Made by a program: the position numbers and the translations under genes
Notes under the pieces: model-generated
The model's database searches: none
What the model was told of the DNA's origin: nothing
Seen by the model: the letters and a program-made list of their open reading frames with translations, nothing else
Part shown: positions 23,181 through 37,400 of the stretch, one piece after another
How the letters are laid out: each line of letters opens with the position of its first letter
How positions within the stretch are numbered: the stretch's first letter is position 1
Assembly (NCBI GenBank): GCA_964016885.1
Contig: OZ024743.1
Location: forward strand, 165,788,001-165,852,000
DNA from: Eledone cirrhosa
Lineage: Eukaryota
Length of the DNA: 64,000 bases
Direction of reading: 5' to 3'

Positions 23181-26100
23181 AGTCAACGCGATCAGTCGCA
23201 TATTTTGGCGTAGGAGACTATTTATTAAATTTAAGATGAATACTATCTCCGACAGTAATGCCACAACTACAGCCAGGTTGAATAACTGGTTATTCTTCTA
23301 ACTATCCCTTCTGAAGACACCTTTTATTCGAATTCGTAGAGATATCCGACTAAATACATAATTAATTTTACAAGGATTTGCTACAAACAGCATGGCTGAA
23401 CACAACATCAACATCAAAATTAAGGAAGTATCGAAGACAAACAACAAAGAAGGTAATCAAACTTTATTCAGTTGTAGTTACAGAAGAAACCGAAATTATA
23501 AATCGCATTTCTCTTGGAGTTGCGAACTTAATAATGATTTATTTAATTGTTATAAAATGGCAAAAAACAATCCCTCCATTGGCTATATGAATAGAATGAA
23601 GCTACACTGGGACGAAATGCACCCAGAGCTAAATTATTTCACAGCGAAACAATTACACCAACAAGCGACGTTTGTTGAACGTAAAAATAAGATAAATATT
23701 ATTAATTGTAAGTCCCCAACAACAAACATGGAATCAACAACACGTGCTACAGATCGCCATGCTACTAGACTTCCTAGCAGCCAGATCGAACAGCGCCTTG
23801 AAACAACTATGCCTGTAAGAAATTTGACACCACCTGTACCATCTAAGTCTACCTCGAATGCTGGCGAAAACACTATCGATAATAATAATAATCGAAGAAA
23901 TAATAATAATAATCGAATAAATGTGACACCACGTATACCATCCGAGTCTACCTCGATTATCGATAATTATAACCAAAAGTATAAACAATTGAAAATTTCC
24001 CTCAACGAAATCTTCCAGAGAGAAATTAACTCATGTATAAATATCTCTCTGGCTGAACGTGTTAAAATGACAATGGTGAATAAAAAACCAAATAATGAAA
24101 TACTACGTGTTATTGACGAAATAGGGGATGAATATTTACGACGGATAAAAACCCCAACATTTTGGCAAATCAACGCCTGTTTATATGCCTTAGTAATGAC
24201 AGTGAAGCATTATCTTGGTGATAGCAGAGATATTAACAAGAACAAAACACCACCAAAAATACCATCATATATAACTAAAATAGAAAAAAAGAGTGCTGAC
24301 CTACGAAAAAACATAGGACATGTGACAATGCTTCTTACATGCAAACAAACACAAAAAAACCTCACTCCTCACCAACAAAGAGTGAAAAATAAAATAGAGA
24401 CGATGTTTGGTAACAGTAGAACCAGAACTCTCCAATATAAGCTGATCACCCTCAAACAAGAATTGAGAGCTGTTAGCGAAAAACGCCGATACCTGAAGAA
24501 GGTAGATGAGAGAAAAATGCTTAATAAAAGATTCAGACGAAACCAAACATCAGTCTATAGAGATATGAAGGGCAAAATAATAAGTGTCACTGAGGCCCCA
24601 TCCCAGAAAGACATAGATTCCTTTTGGAGAAAAATATGGGGTGAAAAGAAGAATTTCAACCAAGATGCAGTGTGGCCAAGAGAAATCCGAAAGAACTATT
24701 GCTCCTACACTACAACAAAAACATACGAAATAAGTGAGGGTACCCTTGAGACTGTGATAGGAAAACTCCAAGATAAGAAAACACCAGGAAGAGACATGAT
24801 TGTCGGCTACTGGTACAAAAAAATAATATTCTATCGGAGGTATCTTACTGACCTCTACCAACAAGTTCTTAAGGGAGATACACTTATACCAGAATGGTTG
24901 ACATTAGCACAAACGTTACTGGTCCCCAAGAACAAAGACACCCACTTGGCAAAAAACTACCGATCCATTGCATGCCAGAACCTGATGTATAAGATGTATA
25001 CAGCCTGCCTGAACCTATTCCTCCAAGATCACTGTGAAAATAATAACATCATCACAGATGAACAAGCAGCTGGAAAGAAAAGGGTTTGGGGATGTGCTGA
25101 ACAACTCCTAATCAACAAAACTGCGATGTCGGAGGTGCGACAACTTAGGAGGAATATGACTACAGTCTGGCTGGACTACAAGAAAGCTTTCGATTCTGTT
25201 CCCCACTCTTGGATGATAGAGGCCCTCCAACTTGCTAAAGTCCCAGACATTATTGTCAGAGCCATAGAGAAGCTGTCTTCTTCTTGGGCTACTATCCTAA
25301 GGTTAAAGACAGAGAGGGAGGACTCTATTTTCACTGATAAAATAAAATAGTGCAGGGGTATATTTCAGGGGGACAGTCTCTCTGTGATATTGTTCATCTT
25401 GTCATTAAACCCCTTGTCATTTCTGCTCAAGAGATGTGAGGGATACATCATTGGCTCACAGGAGGACAGAAATACGAACCTAACCCATAACTTCTTTGTG
25501 GACGATCTGAAACTCTATGCCAAGAACATGGATGGGATGAAGAAAAATCTTGACCTGGTTACAACGTTCTGAAAGGATATAGGAATGGAGTTTGGCCAAG
25601 ATAAATGCTAATACATGACTGTAAAGCGGGGAAAAACAACAACCCAATCTAGCAACATTGTCATCAATTGTCTAACTGTTTCACCGATATCTGATGAGGA
25701 CTGCTACAGATACCTGGGGATAGATGAGAACATATCCTATAATGGTATCAGTAATAAAGAACGCGTAACCAGGGAATATTACACCCGATTAAGAAAGATC
25801 TGGTCATCGGAACTCTCTGCGCAAAACAAAACAGTGGCTCACAATGTGTTTGCTGTGCGTGTCCTAACACCAACGTTTGGAATACTCAATTGGACGATAG
25901 ACGAAATCCGAGCAATTGATTTTGGAACTCGAAAAATAATGAACAACACCGGAAACTTCCACATCAACAGTGACATAGACCGCCTTTACTTGAAACGTAG
26001 GCAGGGAGGCAGAGGCCTAACATCAGTCCAGACAACATTTGAATGTCGCATCATATCTCTCCGACAACATCTAAGAACCTCGAAGCGTAGGAGCCCGCTT

Positions 26101-27287
26101 CTCGAGAAAGTCTATCTGCATGAAACAGATAAGACCATGAGAGTTGGGAAGGAACTCCTTGAGAGATATTCCGTGTGTGATAATCAAAAACTCACACCCA
26201 GGGATGTCGCTCAGCAGTATCACAGTGAATCCATGGATGAAAAACTGCATGCCTATCAGCAAAAAATCATGCATGGATATGTTGCCAGGAAGCTCCAGAG
26301 TGAGAGTAATATAGATAAGGAAAGTAGTCTATCTTGGTCCAACAACCGCTATATTGGCTCCCACTTTGAAGGATACGCTTTTGCAATCCAAGAACAGGAG
26401 ATTAGCACGAAATACCTGATTCACAAAAGAGATAGGGATGCAGAAAAAACACCTAGATGTGATAACAAGTGCAGACTCTGCAGAACTAACATCGAGGATA
26501 TCAGCCATGTCATCAGCAGCGGTCCAAAGATGTCATCGCGGTACTATCTATCCATGAGGCATGATGTAGTGGCCAAAACACTGTACAATGCAGTTCGTAA
26601 AAAAGATAGCCCCGATAATAAACACATTAAAAGCTACAACAATGTGGAAGACATCCATGTACATAATATGAAAGAGTATTGGTGGAATGTTCCAGTAAAA
26701 ACCCCAATAAAACGCAGGCATAACAGACCAGATATTATGATATGGGACAGAGAGAAGAAAACATGCACAGTAGTTGAAATTAGCTGCCCAGCAGATGCCA
26801 ATATAATATCAAAGATTAGTGAAAAGGAGAATATTTATGCAGAACTGATGAGAAATCTCCAGATACTCCACCCTGATTGCACCTTCAGATTTATGCCTGT
26901 GATTATTGGGGCACTGGGACATGTTAGTAACTGCCCCAATACAAATCTTGAGAAGCTAGGCTTCCCAGGAACAGAAAGAACACAACTAGTTAGGAAACTT
27001 CAAGTACAATCCATTAATGGAACAGTAAAAATATGTAAAACATTCCAAAAATTTTGCATCTAATAACTGCATATACACATGTACAGATACAAAGCATATA
27101 CACATTCACATATACAACTCAAAACATCCACATCCACACATACAATAACATCCATATCTACACATGCATGCATACATATCTACCTAGTTGATGTTGTGTA
27201 AATTCCAATGAGAGAGTCTTGTGTCTATGTTAGAAACCGACTCTCTCTCTATTGGTAAAACTTTGTGAAATTATAAAACCAGAAGAA
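23181..27287 (+). mobile_element. R4/Dong-clade non-LTR retrotransposon (RT + restriction-like endonuclease), near full length, in (CATA)n
   Basis: (ACAT)n at 23121-23180 and 27287-27310; single long ORF region carrying RT and RLE motifs. Confidence 0.85.
23392..27063 (+). pseudogene. RT-RLE polyprotein with in-frame stops
   Basis: KTPGRD, NYRSIAC, WLDYKKAFDSVPH, GIFQGDSLS, FVDDLKLYA, GGRGL, CRLC..H, RHD, RPDIMIWD..VEISCP; stops near 25348, 25570 and 25609. Confidence 0.9.
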
Positions 27288-27310
27288 CATACATACATAC
27301 ATACATACAT

Positions 27311-27978
27311 AAACACATTAAAAGCTACAGAAAAGTGGAAGACATACATATACATAATATGAAAGAGTACTGGTGGAATGTTCCAGTAAAAACCCCAATA
27401 AAATGCAGACATAACAGATCAGATATTATGATATGGGACAGGGAAAAGAAGGTATGCATCGTAGTGGAAGTTAGCTGCCCAGCAGATGCCAATATAATAT
27501 CAAAGATTAGCGAAAAGGAGAATATTTATGCAGAACTAATGAGAAATCTCCAGATACTCCACCCTGATTAGACCTTCAGATTTATGCCTGTGATTATTGG
27601 GGCACTGGGGCATGTTAGTAACTGCCCCAATACAAATCTTGAGAAGCTACGCTTCCCAGGAACAGAAAGAACACAACTAGTTAGGAAACTACAAGTACAA
27701 TCCATTAATGGAACAGTAAAAATATGTAAAACATTCCAAAAATGTTGCATCTAATAACTGCATATACACATGTACAGATACAAAGTATATACACATTCAC
27801 ATATACAACTCAAAACATCCACATCCACACATACAATAACATCCATATCTACACATGCATGTATACATACATATCTACCTAGTTGATGTGTAAATTCCAA
27901 TGAGAGAGTCTTGTGTCTATGTTAGAAACCGACTCTCTCTCTATTGGTAAAACTTTGTGAAATTATAAAACCAGAAGA
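27311..27978 (+). mobile_element. Dong-type 3' fragment, copy 2 (chimeric)
   Basis: RLE domain plus 3' UTR between (ACAT)n runs. Confidence 0.9.
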
Positions 27979-28050
27979 ACATACATACATACATACATAC
28001 ATACATACATACATACATACATACATACATACATACATACATACATACAT

Positions 28051-28726
28051 AAACACATTAAAAGCTACAGAAAAGTGGAAGACATACATATACATAATAT
28101 GAAAGAGTACTGGTGGAATGTTCCAGTAAAAACCCCAATAAAATGCAGACATAACAGATCAGATATTATGATATGGGACAGGGAAAAGAAGGTATGCATC
28201 GTAGTGGAAGTTAGCTGTCCAGCAGATGCCAATATAATATCAAAGATTAGCGAAAAGGAGAATATTTATGCAGAACTAATGAGAAATCTCCAGATACTCC
28301 ACTCTGATTATACCTTCAGATTTATGCCTGTGATTATTCGGGCACTAGGATATGTTAGTAACTGCCTCAATACAAATCTTGAGAAACTGGGCTTCACAGG
28401 AACAGAAAGAACACGACTAGTTAGGAAATTACAAGTACAATCCATTAATGGAACAGTAAAAATATGTAAAACATTCAAAACTTTTTGCATCTAATAACTG
28501 CATATACACATGTACATATACAAAGCGTGTGCGCATGCACACATACAACTCAAAACATCCACATCCACACATACAATAACATCCATATCTACACATGAAT
28601 GCATGCAGACATCCATACATATCTACCGAGTTGATGATGTGTAAATTCCAATGAGAGAGTCTTGTAACTATGTTAGAAACCGACTCTCTATTGGCCAACA
28701 TTTGTGAAATTATAAAACCAGAAGAA
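28051..28726 (+). mobile_element. Dong-type 3' fragment, copy 3
   Basis: ORF 28075-28494 encodes the RLE domain; same 5' breakpoint as copy 2; (ACAT)n flanks. Confidence 0.9.
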
Positions 28727-28962
28727 CATACATACATACATACACATTTCTGGATGGTCGTTGACTCTTATGAGTTCTTCTGCCCTTTGTCAGGTCTTGT
28801 TTTTTGTCCTGCAGCGTGTCCAAAATCACCCTCCTCACCAATTAAACTTGGTGGAGATGCCGGTTTAGTCGCCGACGACACGATGTATGTACATACATAC
28901 ACACACACATATATATATACGTTTATATATATATATATATGTGTTTATATATATATATATGT

Positions 28963-29017
<55 letters not shown>

Positions 29018-29068
29018 CATACATATACATACATATATATATGCATGTATATTTATATATATATATAT

Positions 29069-30081
<1,013 letters not shown>

Positions 30082-30093
30082 TTGTTATATACG

Positions 30094-30150
<57 letters not shown>

Positions 30151-30232
30151 AATATATATATATAGAGAGAGAGAGAGATAGTCTAATAGATACCAAACCA
30201 AACAGTGTGTGTGTTTTATTATTTCTGAACAT

Positions 30233-30429
30233 TAAGGCGGTGGATTGAACATTTGCAGCATAGAGTTACATCCTTTTATGATCTGAGTTTAAATCCCGTC
30301 GAGGTTAACTTTGCCTTTCAACCTTACGGGGTCGATAAAATAAAGTACCAGTCACGCACTGGGGTCGATTTAATCGACTTTCCCCTTCCCTCAAAATTGC
30401 TGCTGGCCTTATGCCTACATAAGAAACCA
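30233..30429 (+). mobile_element. tRNA-derived SINE (octopus-type) with a 17 bp target-site duplication
   Basis: B-box-like GAGTTTAAATCC; core CTTTGCCTTTCA.CCTT.CGGGGTCGATAAAAT; TSD TTATTATTTCTGAACAT at 30216-30232 and 30430-30446. Confidence 0.85.
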
Positions 30430-30446
30430 TTATTATTTCTGAACAT

Positions 30447-32682
30447 GTCGTTTCCGGCACGTAAGGCTTAGGGACCGGGTCAACAATTTAGTGAAGCAAA
30501 AGTTGACATGGGGAGTCGTCAACAAAGGTGGTGTGTGTGGGGGGGGGGGGGGGGGGGGGCTCTCAAAAGCGAGATTAGAGTAATTTCGATAGGGTTTAGC
30601 AAAGAAGTAGTGTTAGAGAAAAATGGAAAGGAGGGGAGCTGGTAGATAAGTTAGACGAGGCTATTTGTAGTGGCATTGCAACTGACGTGCTAGCGGTGAG
30701 AATGGCATTTGACCATTTCTTCAATGTAAAACACGTAGGTTTCATTGTCAGAGCTAAGGCGTGTGCTCTGAGAAACAAGGGAACCACAGCTGTTCGATGG
30801 ACCCGCGTGGCAGAGGCGCAACGTGGTAATAAAACCACAATTCGGTCTTTGACGGACCGAGACGGACACGAGCTGAGCCATTGCAGGCGGATGTGTGAGG
30901 CCTTTCGCCAGCATTTTCCTCGGTTATTCGCGGGAAGTGGTGGGTCAGAGATAGTTGCGGACTTCAGTCCCTACCTTGATGGCTTGCCGCGCCTCTCGAC
31001 GGCCGACGCTGAGCGCTGCGAAAGGCCGATTACTTCTGCCGAAATTCAGGATGCCCTCGTCGTCTGCACGAGACGCAAGTCACCCAGTTTTGATGGTATG
31101 CCCTACGAGCTTTACGTAAATATGCCAAGCTTATTCTCCGATCTCTTCGAAGCGCTCTACTGCAACTGGCAGCAGAATGGGACTATTGCCAGTACTGTGA
31201 GCCGGGGCATAGTGACGCAGATAAAAAACGACACGAACAAGAGGGATACATTAGATAATTTCAGGCCCATAACTCTGCTCAACACAGAGTTTTAAATTTT
31301 GGCCAAGGTGTTAGCGAAGAGGTTGTCGCTTGTCGAGGATTTGGTTGGGGATGCGCAAACTTGCGCAATTCCGACCAGGTCCATACACGACAAACTCCAC
31401 CTCATGTGATACATCATTGAGAGGGTAGGGTGTAAACCTGGCTTCGGTGGGGCTCTGATCAATTTAGATCAACCGAAATATCATTCGATAGCGTCGACCA
31501 TCGGTACTTGGAGGCTATCCTTAAGGTAGCTGGCTTCGGCCCAGTCTTCAGAAGCTGGATCGCTGCAATGCACAGCGACATCTGCTCGGTGGTCAAAGGT
31601 AATGGCCACCTCTCGGAAACGTTTCAGGTCTCCAGATCGGTCCGTCAAAGGTGCCCTCTCTCTTCCCTTTTGTACGTATTGACTCTCGAGCCTTTACTGC
31701 GAAAGCTGGAGCTGTTGCAGGGCATCCCGCTCGAACCGGGACGCGGAAAGGTGGTATCGGCTTATGCGGACAACATCATCGCGATGGTGTCGGACACATC
31801 GGAAATCGAGGTGGTCGGCACCTTATTGGAGGAATATGAAAGGTTGACGGGAGCAAAACTTAACCCAGAAAAATCGGTGGACTTGCAGCTTGGCACCTGG
31901 AAAGTCAAGTCCATGCCGTCTAACAGTGTCGATGAACGGACAGAGCGGTAAAATGCTCGGGGTTTGGTTCGGACCAGACTTCCAGGTGGATAAGAATTGG
32001 GACGAGGTACAAGCAGGGTAGCCAGTCTCACCCAGAAATGGGCTACGAGGAAGCTATCACTGAAAGATCGGGTGGAGGTGGTGAATGCGTATATCGCGTC
32101 CCTCATCTACTAGCGCCTGTACGTCGTGGTTTACCCCTGTCCGCGCCACGCCAAGTTGGAACGATTCCTCTTCAAATTCTTATGGAGTGCACAGGTCCCG
32201 TTGGTGAGGCGGTCCATCTTCTACCTGCACCCTCTACGAGGAGGGCTGGGCATGCCGTGGCTAATGATGCGCAGACATGCGCTGAGGCTGCGGCAACTCC
32301 AGATATTCTGCCTAAACGGTGAACAACTGTGGTCGCCTTTTATCAGACGGGCCTTTCCGCAGCTTGTCTCTTTGACTGAGCCGCAGTCCTGGGTCAAGAA
32401 GAGACCGAGACTGGGTCACTGGCATCTGGAATGTTGCCAGGCACTCACTGCCCTCTACCAGGCGGGAAAGGTGGTCAGTGGAACTTCCACTCTCGAGTTC
32501 TGTAGAGGATTATTGGTGGACAAGTGCGACGACTCACTCGGAGAGGATCTGGGTGTCAACGAAGTCGAACTGTACAGTCTGATCCGGAGGACTTTCGAGC
32601 CGGGGCGATGGATAACTTCAAGAAATCCCTCGCTTGGCAATGCTACCGGGGGTCACTGCCGGTTTGAGATAAACTCTACAGG
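30447..32682 (+). mobile_element. Degenerate Tx1-clade LINE ORF2 fragment
   Basis: NFRPITLLN, RQRCPLS, SAYADN and GGLGMPWLMMR are homologous to copies B and D; many stops; both ends missing. Confidence 0.85.
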
Positions 32683-32728
32683 CACACACACACACACACT
32701 TATATATCTAAAAAGCCTAAAGCCTGTC

Positions 32729-32887
<159 letters not shown>

Positions 32888-32985
32888 TGAGGCGATACGT
32901 TGGGCAAGGCTCTTTATTTCACGTTGGCAATTGAGACCAATGGAAACATTGTTTCCTCGGTCCGATTTGACAGAAGTCGATCGAC

Positions 32986-33110
<125 letters not shown>

Positions 33111-33113
33111 CGC

Positions 33114-33170
<57 letters not shown>

Positions 33171-33173
<3 letters not shown>

Positions 33174-33690
33174 GAGGAGGTTATAGTTCACTTGAAGCAT
33201 TGTGTAATGAGGTATAAACGTTTGTATATGTATAATAAAGCCAAAACAATGCAGGTATGGACATAGAATAAAGAATCCAAATGCAAAAGATATTGTTGAC
33301 AATTAGTCTTTTACCTTAGATTTATTTAAATGTCCTTAATTTTCGTGATATCTCTTCTTCGGAGGGAAGTAAAGCGGTTAAACCAGTGTTCTAAATAGCT
33401 TGCCAAGTCGTGCTGACAGGAAATGGTATAGAGTATCTGTTCTATCTCTAATGTCAAAGAGTTAAGATTTGGTGGATAAAGAGTAGTCTCCCTTTAAAAG
33501 GTTGTTTTTTTTGTTACCATGTAGACTCGCGAGTCTATATGGTAACACATATCTGAGGAGTTTCCGATTCCAGATTCAGGTTCGATCATTAATCCATCGT
33601 TCCTAGAGCTGATCGACAATGAAACATAGGTAATTAAATATGTATATGATACACCACTGATTCTTTGTTCCCTCATACATTAATATTATA
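33171..33690 (-). mobile_element. PLE 3' terminus, same family as 51777-52105, with a hammerhead-like motif at 33331-33368
   Basis: Colinear similarity to 51777-52105; minus strand reads CCGAAGAA-gagatatcac-GAAAATTA; TA flanks. Confidence 0.7.
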
Positions 33691-33758
33691 TATATATATA
33701 TATATATTGTTATATTTGGGGAGGGTCATATTGTTATAATATTGCCAGAAATAATAAT

Positions 33759-33937
33759 TGTTTCTTCTTTTGACACAAGACCAGTGCATTACTGGTACTT
33801 TATTTTATCGACCCCGTAAGGATGAAAGGCAAAGTTAACCTCGGCGGGATTTGAACTCAGATCATAAAGGGAGGTAACTCTATGCTTCAAAGCATGGCGT
33901 CCGACCCTCTACCGATACTGCCAATCCACCGCCCTCC
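33759..33937 (-). mobile_element. tRNA-derived SINE, same family as 30233
   Basis: Reverse complement of the same core; TSD ATTGCCAGAAATAATAAT at 33741-33758 and 33938-33955. Confidence 0.85.
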
Positions 33938-34056
33938 ATTGCCAGAAATAATAATAAAACACACTCTCGAGGCTTGAAGTTTTGTTCACTATTTACATAG
34001 AAATCATAACATTAAGTTCATATGTAGATATGTCACTATCTGTAAACCAATTTTTG

Positions 34057-34117
34057 TATTTTATCTGATGAGAGCGTACCAAAATACTGGTACCCTTGAA
34101 ATATATATAATAAAATA
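34057..34117 (+). ncRNA. Type I hammerhead (AT-rich PLE terminal family)
   Basis: TATTTTAT-CTGATGA-GAGcGTACCA..TGGTACcCTT-GAAATATATATA-ATAAAATA. Confidence 0.8.
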
Positions 34118-34329
34118 AATATGGTTTTATAAAGATAGTTTACATTTATTAATATTATTGATAGTATACTCCAGAAGAAAAACTGTTGAGTGCTTCTAAT
34201 CTGTTATAAATTAACTTTGTTGAACAATCAACAAATTAAATAACTCATTATATATATACATACATATACAAACTTATACGCTCGCTCATATATGCATATA
34301 TATGATATATATACACCCACATATGAATA

Positions 34330-35510
34330 CATGAAGATTGCAGCGTCTTCACAGATGACTACTGTCTCTTATTGATTCTTCGTTATCATTACATCTGCGT
34401 CCATCACTTCGTAGATGACTTTGTAGGTCAGCTGGAGATCTGCAGGTGACAGAAGAGAGTTGTGCTTTCCACAGGACCTGTGCGGTTACTCTGTGGAACA
34501 CAATCTTTATGTACCACCATGTGTTTTTTTTTTAGCCCGGAACTAGTTCTACACACTTTGTTGCATATCACGCACGATGTTTCGCCAGGTCTTTGTTGAG
34601 TAGTGTTGCAGGTGGTTATCTTTTCATGTGACTTCAGGTGATTAACATAACCTGCCTTTAAGAGGAGTACACTCTGACAGAAATTGCATGTCCAACTACT
34701 GATGACTTCATCAAGACTGTGACCACAGCCCTTCCGGAGCTGACGCTTCAGTTGTTTATGTTCTAAACGACATGACTCAAAAGTTTTGCAACTGCTCTTT
34801 ATGCGCTTCCTCCATTCAACCCTATTTAGAGCTATCTCCTCCCAGTTTTCTATATCAATGGCCAGCTCTTTGAGGCTGTTCTTGATGCTGTCCTTGAAAC
34901 TCATTTTCGGTTTGTGTTGATGCCTTCTTCCAAGATGGAGCTCACCGTAAAACAGTTGCTTCCAGATCCTGTTTTCTTTCATGCAGACGATATACCCTGT
35001 CCAGCGCATTTGAGGTGTTACTTGGGACTCAATGCTTAGACTTTTTGCTTTGATAAGGACATGGATGTCAGGAGTTCTGTCTTGCCACTTGATGTTGAAT
35101 GTGTGCCTTAAACATTTCTGCTGAAACGCTCAAATAATTTGGTGTGTTTACGGAATAGTGTCCAGGTTTCGGCGGAGTATAAAAGGAGCAAACAGAACAC
35201 ATGATCTATACACACACACCTTGGTATTGTTGGTAATGTTGTGATGTTCCCAACTCTCTTTTCCAATTTTCCAAAGGCAGCAGAGGCCTTCTTGATGCGC
35301 AGATGTATTTCAGCATCCATGGAGCCTTCGTTTGAGAAGACAAATTTATCTACTACTCCCAACCTGGTTCTATCAACCATGATGTGGGGTTCAGTATATG
35401 GTTTTCCAGGAGCGGGGGTAAACATTACTTTGGTCTTTTTAATGCTAATTGTAAGCCCAGATGCTGTACACGAGGATGAAAAACGGTCCAAGTGTTGCAT
35501 GCCAGCTTCT
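34330..35510 (-). mobile_element. RTE-clade (BovB-like) LINE 3' fragment with C-terminal C2H2 fingers
   Basis: GLTISIKKTKVM, RIKKASAAFGKL, LLYSAETW, RWTGYIVCM..KQLFYGEL; CNFC..H..H and CVIC..H..H. Confidence 0.85.
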
Positions 35511-35844
35511 GTGTGTGCTCAGAAGACATACATACGTACAAACATAGTGGCTGCAAACTCTGCTAAGAGTATTGCAATCGCTTGTCAGATTACAGAAAAT
35601 GGTGCACCTTTCACTCCCAGGTGGGCAAAAAAAGTACTATTTGGATGGCTGTTGACTCTGTTGAGTTCCTCCGCCCTTTGTCGTGTCTTGTATTTCATCC
35701 CGCAGGGTGTCGAAATATCACCCTCCTCACCAAGCAATATTGGTGGGGTTGCCGGTTTAGTCGCCGACGACCCGACCATGGGACAGATTGTAATGGGTTA
35801 CATGTTAGCAATAGCACTCGAGAGCGACCTAACATACATACATA

Positions 35845-36770
35845 TTTAAGAAAAACATTGTCATTGGGACTCTCTGTGCACAATAAAATAGTGGCTCACA
35901 ATGTGTTTGCTGTGCCTGTCCTAGCACCAACGTTTGGAAAACTCGATTGGACGAGAGACGAAATCCGAGCAATTGATGTTAAAACTCGAAAAATCCTAAA
36001 CAACACTGGAAACTTCCACATCAACCGTGACATATACCGCCTCAACTTGAAACATAATCAGAGAGGCAGAAGCCTATCATCAGTCCAGACAGCATTTGAG
36101 TGCCGCATCATATCCCTCCAGCAACATTTATGAACCTCCAAACGTAGGAGCCCATCTATTGAGCACGTCTGTCTACACGAGACAAATAAAATCATGAGAG
36201 TTGAGAAGGAGCTCCTTGAGAGGTCATGCACAGATATGTTGCCAGGACGCTCCAGAGTGAGAGTAATAAAGATAAGCAAAGTAGTCTACCTTGGACCAAC
36301 AACCGCTATATTGGCTGCCACTTTGAAGGATACGCTTTTGCAATCCAAGAACAGGAAATCAACATAAAATACCTATTTCACAAAAGAGACAGGAATGCAG
36401 GCAAAAGACCTAGATGTGACAAGTGCAGACTCTGCAGAATTAATATAGAAGATGTCACCCATGTCATAAGCAGCTATCCAAAGATGTCATCGCGGTACTA
36501 TCTACCTATGAGGCATGATGTAGTGGCCAAAGCACTGTGCAATGCAATCCGTAGAAAAGATAGCCCCCCGACAATAAACACATTAAAAGCTTCAGAAATG
36601 TGGAAGACATACACATACATAATATGAAATAGTACTGGTGGAATACTCCAGTCAAAACATCAATAAAATGTAAACATAACAGACCAGATATAATGATATG
36701 GGACAGGGAAAAGAAAAAAAAGCACAGTAGTGGAAGTTAGCTGCCCAGCAGATACCAATATAATATTAAA
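35845..36770 (+). mobile_element. Degenerate Dong-type internal fragment
   Basis: Homologous to about 25790-26810 (HNVFAV, EGYAFAIQEQEI, CRLC, RHD); preceded by a short CATA run. Confidence 0.85.
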
Positions 36771-36959
36771 GTACCTGTTTATGTGATTGTTGTAATTATT
36801 TATACTAAACTCGTCCTATGGACTGAGTGCTCTTACCCTTGGATGTTTCTACCAAACTTTTACTACAGTATATATATATGTATAAATATATATATATTAG
36901 AAAGTGAGGTTTAATTTACAAAATGAAAAATAACCGAGGTGTCCTACACGAGTGAAAGT

Positions 36960-37310
36960 ATAAGGAAAAAAGATGAAATCGAAAATGCAACTGGAGTCTT
37001 ATTTTTAAAAAAATATATATATTTATTTGGTTCCTTTACCGGTTTCGCAGTTCTTCTGCTTTTCAAAAGTAGAGTTGAGATTGAGGGCTGTGGTTTTTCT
37101 CACATCTGGTTGGTCTTTGAAGACCAGCCAGATGTAAGAAAATGTCCTTGAAGACCAACCAGATTTGAGAAAAACCACAGATCCTCCCTCTCAACTCTAC
37201 TTTTGAAAAGCAGAAGAACTGCGAAACCGCGATAGAGGAACCAAATAAATATATATATATTTTTTAAAATAAGACTCCAGTTGCATTTTCGAATTCTTCT
37301 TTTTTCCTTA
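36960..37310. repeat. About 350 bp imperfect palindrome with mirror-image hammerheads (37032-37070 minus, 37199-37240 plus)
   Basis: Arms about 36960-37116 and 37153-37310; TTGAAAA-GCAG-aagaa-CTGC-GAAACCGGTA on the minus arm. Confidence 0.75.
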
Positions 37311-37337
37311 TATATATATATATACATATATATATAC

Positions 37338-37399
<62 letters not shown>

Positions 37400-37400
<1 letters not shown>

